Positions 28,235-36,622 of a DNA stretch of 64,000 nt are shown piece by piece. Position 1 is the first letter of the stretch. Each line of letters opens with the position of its first letter. This stretch comes from a plasmid. The translations under genes were made by a program, and so were the position numbers. The notes beneath the pieces were generated by a model. That model searched no databases, was not told where the DNA came from, and saw only the letters and a list, made by a program, of their open reading frames with translations. The stretch is taken from sequence record NZ_CP084013.1; one strand, 5' to 3'.

Positions 28235-28516
28235 CTATGCATTAGTAAGGTGTCTGCGAATGTATTCGCTACGACTGATGTGGTACCGCTTCGCGGCGGC
28301 AGTGACCTGTTCGAGCTGGCTTTCGGGCATCTTTATGGTGACGGTGACCATGCGCTCGTCCCGTTTCGGCAGCATGTGGAGACCGTAGTAGATAGGGCCG
28401 GTGATACCGTGGCCGGCGTCCTCGCTTTCCATTCGTTCCACGTCACTGCTGACCTGCTCCTCGGTCATTCCGAATTTCTCCAGCAGTTCCTTGTCTCGTT
28501 CGTTGAAATCGCTCAT
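28235..28516 (-). CDS. ribbon-helix-helix antitoxin (BrnA/CopG-like)
   Basis: C-terminal RHH-like 'KMPESQLEQVTAAAKRYHISRSEYIRRHL'. AGAGGTGA RBS. ATGA overlap with the upstream toxin-like ORF. Confidence 0.5.
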   Translation of the reverse strand: MSDFNERDKELLEKFGMTEEQVSSDVERMESEDAGHGITGPIYYGLHMLPKRDERMVTVTIKMPESQLEQVTAAAKRYHISRSEYIRRHLTNA

Positions 28517-28782
28517 CGTTCACCTCTTTTGCCTTCCAGCTGATTAATTTCCTTTAGTGTTTTCTTCGTCGGAGGTGTCATCACGTGGTAGATCAGTACG
28601 CTGTCGTTCAACTGCTTGTAGACCATCTCCACGTCACGGCCATGTCCGTCAAGACCTATTGCCACCCAAGTGCCATCCGCCCTACGCGCGTCTTTCATGA
28701 CACTTCGAAAGGCCGTCAGCACGTCCTCTGATGTCAGCTCCGGATGCCGTTCATGCACGCGCGACAGCACGTAGATTTTCAA
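28513..28782 (-). CDS. putative toxin (BrnT/DUF497-like), TTG start
   Basis: A GGAGTGGAGG RBS precedes TTG 'LKIYVLSRVHERH...'. The toxin-first, RHH-second gene order and the C-terminal 'IYHVMTPPTKKTLKEI' resemble BrnT. The longer ORF beginning at 28875 is probably not used. Confidence 0.4.
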   Translation of the reverse strand: MKIYVLSRVHERHPELTSEDVLTAFRSVMKDARRADGTWVAIGLDGHGRDVEMVYKQLNDSVLIYHVMTPPTKKTLKEINQLEGKRGER

Positions 28783-28895
28783 AAAGCAACCTCCACTCCT
28801 CTTGACGAAACTATTATAACACGCAGGTAATACCAATAGAATACCGCAGAAATGATACATGCCAGCAGAAGCCACAAAAAAACCGAGCCGCCTAA

Positions 28896-29945
28896 TCAGC
28901 CCAACAAAACCCGCGACACCGCCCCCTCATCAGGCAACCCGGAATCCAACAATTCAGCCAAACGCGACGCAACACGATCGGCATCAACACCGGTGAACAT
29001 GCCACCCATCCATTCGGACATCAGCGTCCGGACATGCTCGCAGTCGGCGGAATGCACGTGACGTGCGGGACCTTTGCTCTCATCCACTACTTCAGCCTCA
29101 AGGGGAATATCAGCCGACTCGCTCTGCGCAGTCTGTCGCGTTGGAGCATCGGTGCGAGGATAATACTTGATCCCATGCCTGAACGGTTCGGCCCTCAAAT
29201 TCGGAGCCGCCTCCAAGACATTCGACAACGCCTGTTTGAACCTGCGCCGGAAGTCCTTCATCGGCAGGCCGGTGCCCTCGAACTGGTCATACAGTTGACG
29301 CCATGAAACGTAGGCGACGTGGTCGAGCCGGTATGTGCGGTACGTCAACCATATATAGACGTCCAACGCCCGCGCCGATTTGCCCAGACGCGAGATGACA
29401 TCCATGCTGAGTGGGACGCTTGGCTTCGACAGCTCGGCCCACATCTCGTCCGTGAACTGGATTGACGCGATGATGTCCTGTTCTGGCCTGAACTGTGTAC
29501 GGCCTTTTCTGGCGACGGTGAACGGCGTGCATTCGCCTTTGTTCTCACGACTCTCGTCGGTGTTCATGATGGAGATCGAGGTTCGCGCCAAGTTCATCAG
29601 CGTGTCCTCCGTCTCTTTCTGACAGCCGGAGTGGTTGGATATTCCGGTGTTGTCGCAGAATTCCTGGAAGCTGCCACGAAAGACAACAGTGTGGGTGTCC
29701 TGATCCACGTCGGGATTGTTCTTCATGCGAATCATGGACTGCACGTAGAGGAATATCAGTCGCGGGGTTTTCCCGTAGACCCATTCCTCGGGGCGACTGG
29801 GGGTTATGCGGACTGTTTCCCGACCGTTCGTTCTCTCTATGTAGGATGAGCTTGGTTTCGACACGGGGAAGAGGGCGAGTTTCGCCATGAGCGGCGGTGC
29901 GCCCGTGTTCATTTTCGTTGTGGCGATGGCGTTATTATTGGTCAT
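28896..29945 (-). CDS. repA: RepA-like plasmid replication initiator
   Basis: ACGGAG RBS. Winged-helix-like 'LDVYIWLTYRTYRL'. It is adjacent to the iteron array and paralogous to the ORFs at 51205-52185 and 61902-62666. Confidence 0.65.
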   Translation of the reverse strand: MTNNNAIATTKMNTGAPPLMAKLALFPVSKPSSSYIERTNGRETVRITPSRPEEWVYGKTPRLIFLYVQSMIRMKNNPDVDQDTHTVVFRGSFQEFCDNTGISNHSGCQKETEDTLMNLARTSISIMNTDESRENKGECTPFTVARKGRTQFRPEQDIIASIQFTDEMWAELSKPSVPLSMDVISRLGKSARALDVYIWLTYRTYRLDHVAYVSWRQLYDQFEGTGLPMKDFRRRFKQALSNVLEAAPNLRAEPFRHGIKYYPRTDAPTRQTAQSESADIPLEAEVVDESKGPARHVHSADCEHVRTLMSEWMGGMFTGVDADRVASRLAELLDSGLPDEGAVSRVLLG

Positions 29946-30035
29946 GTGGTCGCTCCGTTTCAGCGATTGCCAGATACCCGGCCGGTACGAACGGTGCGGG
30001 TATCTTTTTTCTTTTCGTCGTTATTTTATCGCGTT

Positions 30036-30273
30036 TTTCTTAGAATTTTGACACCTTTCTTAGAATTCTGACACCAAATTTAGAATTTGGACACCATTTT
30101 TAGAATTATGACACCTTTCTTAGAATTTTGACACCATCTCTGCGAATGCCATCGAACCACACCCCGATTGCCTACGATCAGAGCGGTCACAGCCTTAGAA
30201 TTTTGACACCCTCGCTTAGAATTTTGACACCGACTCTTAGAATTTTGACACCCGTTCTTAGAATTTTGACACC
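30036..30273 (+). repeat. iterons: 9 direct repeats of TTAGAATTTTGACACC (5 at 20-bp spacing, 4 at 21-bp spacing), putative oriV
   Basis: Repeats start at 30040, 30060, 30080, 30100 and 30120, then at 30195, 30216, 30237 and 30258. They lie immediately upstream of repA, on the opposite strand. Confidence 0.8.
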
Positions 30274-30320
30274 GACATGGCCTCTCAGCCCTTATGGCAG
30301 TAGGGCTAAGCGGCACCCCC

Positions 30321-30361
30321 AAGTGATATTACAAGTGATATTACAAGTGAATATACAAACT
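30321..30361 (+). repeat. 3 tandem copies of the 12-bp unit CAAGTGATATTA next to the iterons (possible DNA-unwinding or host-factor site)
   Basis: CAAGTGATATTA CAAGTGATATTA CAAGTGAATATA. Confidence 0.6.
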
Positions 30362-30618
30362 CTCTCTTAATCTCTCTCCACTTCGACCCGCGATCCACCG
30401 GGATGCCGCTGACGCGGCAAATGCCACACGCTCTCCTGCACCTGTTTCGACCTCGGAAAAGAAGAATCCAGTCGGTTCGCTTGGCAGCGAACCTCAGAGC
30501 AAACAAAAAAAAAGACTGAATCTCGGACGAACAGGATTGCCGTACTCGTTCTTTCTAGTATCGGTTAATTTCAATAAATCTTCGGTTAATAACAAAACTC
30601 GAAGATAGATTGACAATC

Positions 30619-33600
30619 ATGGCAAGCAGAAACAGCAGGAGCAGAACACAGACCCGTCCTATATCGAGTGGCGTCTGGTTTTCGCTGTTTCTTGTCTTTG
30701 GAATTATCCTCTGGTTCTTTTGGCGCCTGCCCTTGGTCCCGTTCCTTTGGCTTGGCATGCTCGCCGGAGGAATCACACAACAGTATCCGGTCAACGCTTC
30801 CGGAAGCCGCAAGGATCCCCCATCCGACAAGCAGATGATGGTCTACCACCGTTGGAAGGACATGCTTGCCGGTCTTATTCCGAATGCGGATTGGCTGGAG
30901 ATTCGTCGTGTTTCCTGGTGGATGGGCTGGATGGGCGGCATGCTGCTGGGATTGAACGGTGCCGTCTGGATTGCCCTGGTGGATGGCCTGTTCGGTTTCA
31001 TGCTCGCCCAAGGCTGGTCGCATTACAGGAATCGGCGCGTTGACCGTAGGCATGTCTACAAGGGCGTCAGTATTCCGGCGTTCCTGACCAAATCGCCCGC
31101 CTGGGCGCGGCTTTTGTCCGTCTCCATGGCGTTGCTGGTTTTCGCCGGGGTCCTGGTTTTCGTGTTGGCGGGATACATGAGCTGGCTGAGCGCTGTGACG
31201 CTTCCGGGGTTCGTGTTCCTGCTACTCGTATGGATGTTGGGGCGCAAACCGCAGTCCCGGTACTGGCGTGAGCTGGTCGAAGGGCAACAGCTGCTTGATG
31301 GTTGGCTTGCCGGGGACGATTTGCAGAAGGCATGGTCGGGAGCCTATCTGACGCAGGTCAACAAAATCGGTTCTTCGGATAATCCTCTGATCGTCTACCG
31401 GATTCGTCTGCAGGGGTCGGACGGTAAGCCTCGCTCGAACGAAGGAGTTTTCAAGCTCGGCGTGGAAGCGTTGCGGGCGCCGGCATTGGCGGACGGATAC
31501 CGTTTCGTGTGTCTACTGTCCGCCAAGCAGAAGAAGAAAGGGGCGGAACAGTTCGACCCGTCCAGTGTCCGTCTGGCGCTTGGCATGGACGAATCCTGCA
31601 TCCCCTCCATCGCGGAGAGAAAGGCCGGCGAAGGTCTTGCCTCTCTCGTCGCCGACATCGCCTATGCGCAAACCGCTTTCATCTGGCATAAACGCGCCCC
31701 GTTGACGTTGGCTCATGATGTGAGCGCCGACGAGAGCAAAGCCGCCTGGCTGTTGGAGATCATCACTCCCCCGCAGGGCGGGGATTCCATCGACCGCATC
31801 AGCTTCGACTGGCTGGAGGGAGAAGGATCTCCTGCCGAGACTCTGCGGATGCCGGTGTTCGCCGACCTGCAGGACAAGTTCCACCTGGTTGCATTCGACG
31901 ATGCGAAACTATCCGACAAGGGCAACAAGTGGCGGCCGGACGGCATGACCCACAAGAAAGCCTTTGACGATTACATCACCATTTCCAAACGGTTCAAAAG
32001 CGACCAGTCCGCTTGGGTCAAATGCCTCCCGTCGAAACTCAATCCACCGGCACCCATCTACGACTATGAGAAAACCCAGGACTGCGACGGCTGGCAACTG
32101 CATTACCTGCCATTGGTACTCACCGCACCAGCCACGCCGTCCGACTACGAGCGTTGCGACCTTGGCCCATTGCAGCCGGAGGCACGGTTCATCGGACTCG
32201 TGGACGAAGGCTCCGACATGGCCGGACTGATCTGGTCCACCGGAAGCGCGCCCGTACGCATCGACCAGCTGACCGGCAACACCCCCCTTCACCGCAAGTA
32301 TGCGGAAGCGTTGATATTCAAAACCCTTATCGACGTGCTTCCCGCAAAAGCGTCCGTGAACATCACGGCCTGCACTCCGCAAAGCAAAGACAAGCCGATT
32401 TGGAGCATCCAATTCCAATTAGGCAACGGCGCGACCGTGGAAGACGCCCGCAAACAGTCCGCCAGAATCCAATCGTCGGTCGGGGCGAAACATATTTACT
32501 GGGAATGGCGGTCAGCCGACAGTGCGACCGTATGGCTGTGCGACGACCCGTGCCTGGATGTCAGGGACATCAGCCACTGGAATCGCAGATCAAAGCAAAA
32601 GCATCTCATCGAACTCGCCTTAAGCGACTCGTGGGGCGTGGCCGGAGTCAGCGATCCCAGCGGACGCACCCCCGATGTGGTCAGTCTCGGCGCGTTGCCA
32701 AGCAACCATGACGTGTTGTTGGCACGATTCCAGATTCCGGCCGGGTTGGATGTGGACAAGCCCTCACGGAACATAGGCAAGTTCCTGACCAGCGCAGACT
32801 ACGCCTACGGGCGTATCCTCCCGCGCGGTGAGGAACACGGTTCGAACCTGTACGACATGGTGCTGGCGAAACGCAGCCCGTTCCCCACCATGGTCAACGC
32901 GGACTGGGATTTCGCCCGCCAGTCGAAACCACGCATGTTCCCGTTGGGCGTGGACGATATGGGCAAACCGGTCTACTGGAGCATGAAGGACACGTTCCAC
33001 CTGCTCATCAGCGGCAAATCCGGAACCGGTAAATCCTCCATCGCGCAGATCGTGGTCGCCGAAGCGCTGCTCAAAGGCCATGACATCATCCTCATCGACC
33101 CATCCAAAGGTTGCATCGACTTCACTCAATGGGCGAAACCGTTGGCGTTGGCGTTCGTCGGCTTGGGCCAGATGCGCGAAACCGAAGCCGTCATCGCCTG
33201 GCTGCGCAACGAGATGGCACAACGGGTGAAACTGTTCAGCCGGTATGGTGTCGGCAGCATCTACGACCTCGACAAAAGCCAGCTCAATGAGGAAGAGCTT
33301 GCCCACACGAAACCCATCGACATCGTGTTCGACGAATTCAACAGCTACCTGCAAGAGGCCGGCAAGACCACGCAGAACCCGAACAGGGACATCCAGCTGG
33401 CCAACGACAATGCGGCCGTCAGCGCGACGAACAATTCGATACGACGCACCATGAGCGCTCTCGGCAAAATCGTCGTGCAGGGGCGTACCGCAGGCATCAG
33501 CGTCATCCTCGGCGCCCAGCGTCTGACCATGGACGACATGAAGCCGTACAACGCGAACGCCTTCTTCCGTTCGCTCGGCCGAATCCTGTTGGGTATGGAC

Positions 33601-34017
33601 TCCACGGCGGGCATCATCAGCGCGCAGAACCTCAGAGAGGCGAACCGGCTCCAACAGTCGTTGAAGGGCGAAGGCGGGAAAATCCCGCAGGGCCGCGGAA
33701 TCTTCGAAACCGCGCAAGGCGAACTGCTGGCCGTCCAAACATGGTGGTCGGGAGGCCAAGAAAAGTTGGCGGAACTGTTCGCCGACCGCACTCCCCCGCA
33801 ACCCATCGACTATTCGCGGTTCATGCCATCCGAAGCGGAAACCTACGGCGAAGTGTCCGAAGACGAACTTTCCAAGCTGCTCAGCCAAGGAACGGATCCA
33901 CAGACAGCCGGCGAGGAAATCAACGACATGGACGAACTCCACGACATGCTCCACCACCCAGACAACAACGATGCCGATTCCGAAGACGGGGACGACATCG
34001 AAGAAGTCGACTGGTAG
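30619..34017 (+). CDS. FtsK/SpoIIIE-family DNA translocase with N-terminal TM domain (TraB/TcpA-like conjugal transfer ATPase)
   Basis: The N-terminal roughly 250 aa has 4-6 hydrophobic helices. Walker A 'LLISGKSGTGKSSIAQ' and Walker B 'IDIVFDEFNSY'. Acidic C-terminus. Confidence 0.75.
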   Translation: MASRNSRSRTQTRPISSGVWFSLFLVFGIILWFFWRLPLVPFLWLGMLAGGITQQYPVNASGSRKDPPSDKQMMVYHRWKDMLAGLIPNADWLEIRRVSWWMGWMGGMLLGLNGAVWIALVDGLFGFMLAQGWSHYRNRRVDRRHVYKGVSIPAFLTKSPAWARLLSVSMALLVFAGVLVFVLAGYMSWLSAVTLPGFVFLLLVWMLGRKPQSRYWRELVEGQQLLDGWLAGDDLQKAWSGAYLTQVNKIGSSDNPLIVYRIRLQGSDGKPRSNEGVFKLGVEALRAPALADGYRFVCLLSAKQKKKGAEQFDPSSVRLALGMDESCIPSIAERKAGEGLASLVADIAYAQTAFIWHKRAPLTLAHDVSADESKAAWLLEIITPPQGGDSIDRISFDWLEGEGSPAETLRMPVFADLQDKFHLVAFDDAKLSDKGNKWRPDGMTHKKAFDDYITISKRFKSDQSAWVKCLPSKLNPPAPIYDYEKTQDCDGWQLHYLPLVLTAPATPSDYERCDLGPLQPEARFIGLVDEGSDMAGLIWSTGSAPVRIDQLTGNTPLHRKYAEALIFKTLIDVLPAKASVNITACTPQSKDKPIWSIQFQLGNGATVEDARKQSARIQSSVGAKHIYWEWRSADSATVWLCDDPCLDVRDISHWNRRSKQKHLIELALSDSWGVAGVSDPSGRTPDVVSLGALPSNHDVLLARFQIPAGLDVDKPSRNIGKFLTSADYAYGRILPRGEEHGSNLYDMVLAKRSPFPTMVNADWDFARQSKPRMFPLGVDDMGKPVYWSMKDTFHLLISGKSGTGKSSIAQIVVAEALLKGHDIILIDPSKGCIDFTQWAKPLALAFVGLGQMRETEAVIAWLRNEMAQRVKLFSRYGVGSIYDLDKSQLNEEELAHTKPIDIVFDEFNSYLQEAGKTTQNPNRDIQLANDNAAVSATNNSIRRTMSALGKIVVQGRTAGISVILGAQRLTMDDMKPYNANAFFRSLGRILLGMDSTAGIISAQNLREANRLQQSLKGEGGKIPQGRGIFETAQGELLAVQTWWSGGQEKLAELFADRTPPQPIDYSRFMPSEAETYGEVSEDELSKLLSQGTDPQTAGEEINDMDELHDMLHHPDNNDADSEDGDDIEEVDW

Positions 34018-34041
34018 CCAAACACAAAAAGGGGAAACAAC

Positions 34042-34761
34042 ATGCTCATCAACCTAGGAACAGACGTTCACGGGAAAAACCTTGGATGGGACACGTCCAC
34101 GGGAACGTCACTCACCATCACCGGGCCCGACGGAAGCGGGAAAACCATACTGCTTGACAGCATCATCCGACAGGCAGATCAGGACGGCACGCTCGTAACC
34201 TTCACCGACCAGCGGGACAGCATCCCACCCTCCCCCACCATCATGTGCGGACGCTACCGGCAACCCTATGAGCTACTGGAAATAGTGCAACGGGTCAGCA
34301 TGGAACAGCGACGGCGCATCAAGGGCGAACCCGAGCCGATCAAGCCGATCAAGCCGATACTGCTCGCCTTCGATGACTATGACGTACACAACGGCTCCCC
34401 GGACATGAATCTGCTAAACGTCGGCAGTCAAATCTCCGACGAACTCAGCCGAATCATCGAAATGGCACCCGGAACGAACGTCAACGTGGTCATGGTCCGC
34501 AGCAGCATTCACCCATCCACAGTGGGTCAAAAGCTCTACGACCGGCTTATCGCCGGCAACCATGTGCTATTCCATCCGGCCGGACAGCTCGGCCCGCACA
34601 CGCAACCTCTTTTCCACGCCGAAAACACCCGTGAAGCCGAAACCCTCACCTATCTCAACCGGCATTTGGACTTCAAACAGGCCCGCAATTGCCTGTACGA
34701 AACATCAGACAGGCCACTCCGGGCTTTCCATACCCCCATCTACAAGAGAAAGGAAAACTGA
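34042..34761 (+). CDS. small P-loop NTPase, hypothetical
   Basis: 'SLTITGPDGSGKTILLD'. Its stop overlaps the next start (TGATG). Confidence 0.45.
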   Translation: MLINLGTDVHGKNLGWDTSTGTSLTITGPDGSGKTILLDSIIRQADQDGTLVTFTDQRDSIPPSPTIMCGRYRQPYELLEIVQRVSMEQRRRIKGEPEPIKPIKPILLAFDDYDVHNGSPDMNLLNVGSQISDELSRIIEMAPGTNVNVVMVRSSIHPSTVGQKLYDRLIAGNHVLFHPAGQLGPHTQPLFHAENTREAETLTYLNRHLDFKQARNCLYETSDRPLRAFHTPIYKRKEN

Positions 34762-36608
34762 TGGCCGACCGTCGAAAGAAAATCCCTCTCGAAAAATTCT
34801 TCCCCAATGGTTTTGATAAAACCAATCCGGACGACATGATCAAACTCACCGTCCTCATCCAAGAGAAAGCCGCAAAGAACCCTGAGTTTGAAGGCTACAG
34901 CGTATTCAGCGTCGATTCCGACAACCGGTACGCGATCATCGCGCCGATGGATATGGATTCCGATGATATCAACAACGGAATCAAAGCCGTCAGACTCAGC
35001 AACAGCGAATGCGCGGACACGGCTTCCCAGAAGAAGACGGTGCAGAACCTGGAAAGCCAACCCCAGTACGAAGGCTATTCCGTCGTCGATTTCGTTCGAA
35101 TCAGTTCCAGCGAATTCCTTGTGTTGCTCCAACAGTTGGACGAGAAGGCCGCAGCCACCCGGCGTATATTCGCGAACGTTCTCAAGGTCAAGCCTTGGGA
35201 AATTCGTATCTCACGTACTCCTGAGAACGGTTGGAAAATCCGCATCAAGGAGAACACCGTCACCTATCAGGCCTCCGTATACGACAAGCGAATGCAGGAA
35301 GCCGTCGAAGTGGTCGGCAAAAAAGGCTGGTTCTTCAAGGCCGACCCCGAAAAAGGCGTCATCATGGTGTATCCCGGCACTCCCCCGACTTTTCCTGCGA
35401 TGATAACCTGCCCGAAACAGCTGATCGGTAAAAACGACCTACGTCACGCCTATCTGGGCATGAAGCTGCCCGAACGAGGCCGCGAAACCGGCGACTGGCT
35501 GTCACTCGACTGGAAGTCCGGCCCGGGAATCATGGTCGCCGCCGCAGCCAACAGCGGGAAAAGCGTTGTCATCAACACGCTCATCGCCGCCGCACTGGAA
35601 GCCGGATTCCAGCTTGCCATCTGCGACGACGAGGACAAGAGCGTCGATTTTCAATGGTGCCGCCCATGGGTCATCACCCACGGCTGGGGTTGTGACAGTC
35701 CCGAATCGGCTGCCGCGACGTTGATTCATGTGCTTGAGATCTGCTCCTACCGGTCGAAACTCATCAAACAGTACGGTGTCGAAAACTGGTGGGGGCTTCC
35801 CAAGGAAGAACAGGAAAAGAACCCCCTGCTGCTGCTTGTGTGCGATGAGGTGGCCCAATGGGCCGGAAGCGTCACCATTCCAAAGGTCAGCAAGGACAAT
35901 CCGATGCGCATCCGAGCCGAGTATGAGGCAAGCATCCATGCGGCGAATATCACGTACGCGATGAAGATCACCCAGAAAGCCCGGTTCTCCGGTGTCTGCT
36001 TCCTGTTCTGCGGACAATCGACCCGCCTGCAGGACGGTTTCGACCCCGGTATGCGAGTCAATCTGACCACGGTCATCTCCCCTACCCTGCAACCCTCCAC
36101 CGCTGTCGAAGAGCTGCTGGGAGGAGCGAAGGACTTCCCCGAGATACCGGAAAACATCATGCAACCGGGAATCTCCAGAGGAGCCGGCCTTATCAGGCTT
36201 CCCGGCATGAAACCCGTCATCTACAAGGGCTTCTACGAGGAGAACCAGAAGCAAAGGAAATCATACAGCGATCTGCTGCGTGAACGTCTGACCGCAATCC
36301 GACCGCCGGAAGGCGACATGAACTCGGGACACTGGTCATGGGATGAAATCGTAAATGCCCTGCCAACCGCCGCAGAAAAACCAGATGACGGCATGATTGA
36401 CCCCGGCGGGGATGAGGACGACGGGTTCCCCACAGACGGTTTCGGCGAGGACGGGCGTGATGTCGCAGACCGTGACAAGCCGTTGAAGGGTGCCGCCGCT
36501 GCGGCGCATGCGAGCAAACTGTATGCGGCTGGCGTTGATGTGCCGCACATGAGCGCCATCGATGCCGCTATGAATATCGGGCGCCTATCTGCCGAAAAAG
36601 GTCTATGA
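34761..36608 (+). CDS. second FtsK/TraG-like P-loop ATPase (coupling-protein candidate)
   Basis: Walker A 'IMVAAAANSGKSVVINTL' and Walker B 'LLLLVCDEVAQW'. Confidence 0.65.
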   Translation: MADRRKKIPLEKFFPNGFDKTNPDDMIKLTVLIQEKAAKNPEFEGYSVFSVDSDNRYAIIAPMDMDSDDINNGIKAVRLSNSECADTASQKKTVQNLESQPQYEGYSVVDFVRISSSEFLVLLQQLDEKAAATRRIFANVLKVKPWEIRISRTPENGWKIRIKENTVTYQASVYDKRMQEAVEVVGKKGWFFKADPEKGVIMVYPGTPPTFPAMITCPKQLIGKNDLRHAYLGMKLPERGRETGDWLSLDWKSGPGIMVAAAANSGKSVVINTLIAAALEAGFQLAICDDEDKSVDFQWCRPWVITHGWGCDSPESAAATLIHVLEICSYRSKLIKQYGVENWWGLPKEEQEKNPLLLLVCDEVAQWAGSVTIPKVSKDNPMRIRAEYEASIHAANITYAMKITQKARFSGVCFLFCGQSTRLQDGFDPGMRVNLTTVISPTLQPSTAVEELLGGAKDFPEIPENIMQPGISRGAGLIRLPGMKPVIYKGFYEENQKQRKSYSDLLRERLTAIRPPEGDMNSGHWSWDEIVNALPTAAEKPDDGMIDPGGDEDDGFPTDGFGEDGRDVADRDKPLKGAAAAAHASKLYAAGVDVPHMSAIDAAMNIGRLSAEKGL

Positions 36609-36622
36609 CATAGGATGTGTTG

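Noticed and set aside
30036-30273. Possible CRISPR array
   Set aside because: The 16-bp repeats are separated by only 4-5 variable bp, with no spacer-sized unique inserts and no cas genes. Position and phasing fit plasmid iterons instead.
31909-33957. Several 150-400-aa minus-strand ORFs
   Set aside because: Antisense to the FtsK-like ATPase gene, whose Walker motifs fix the coding strand.
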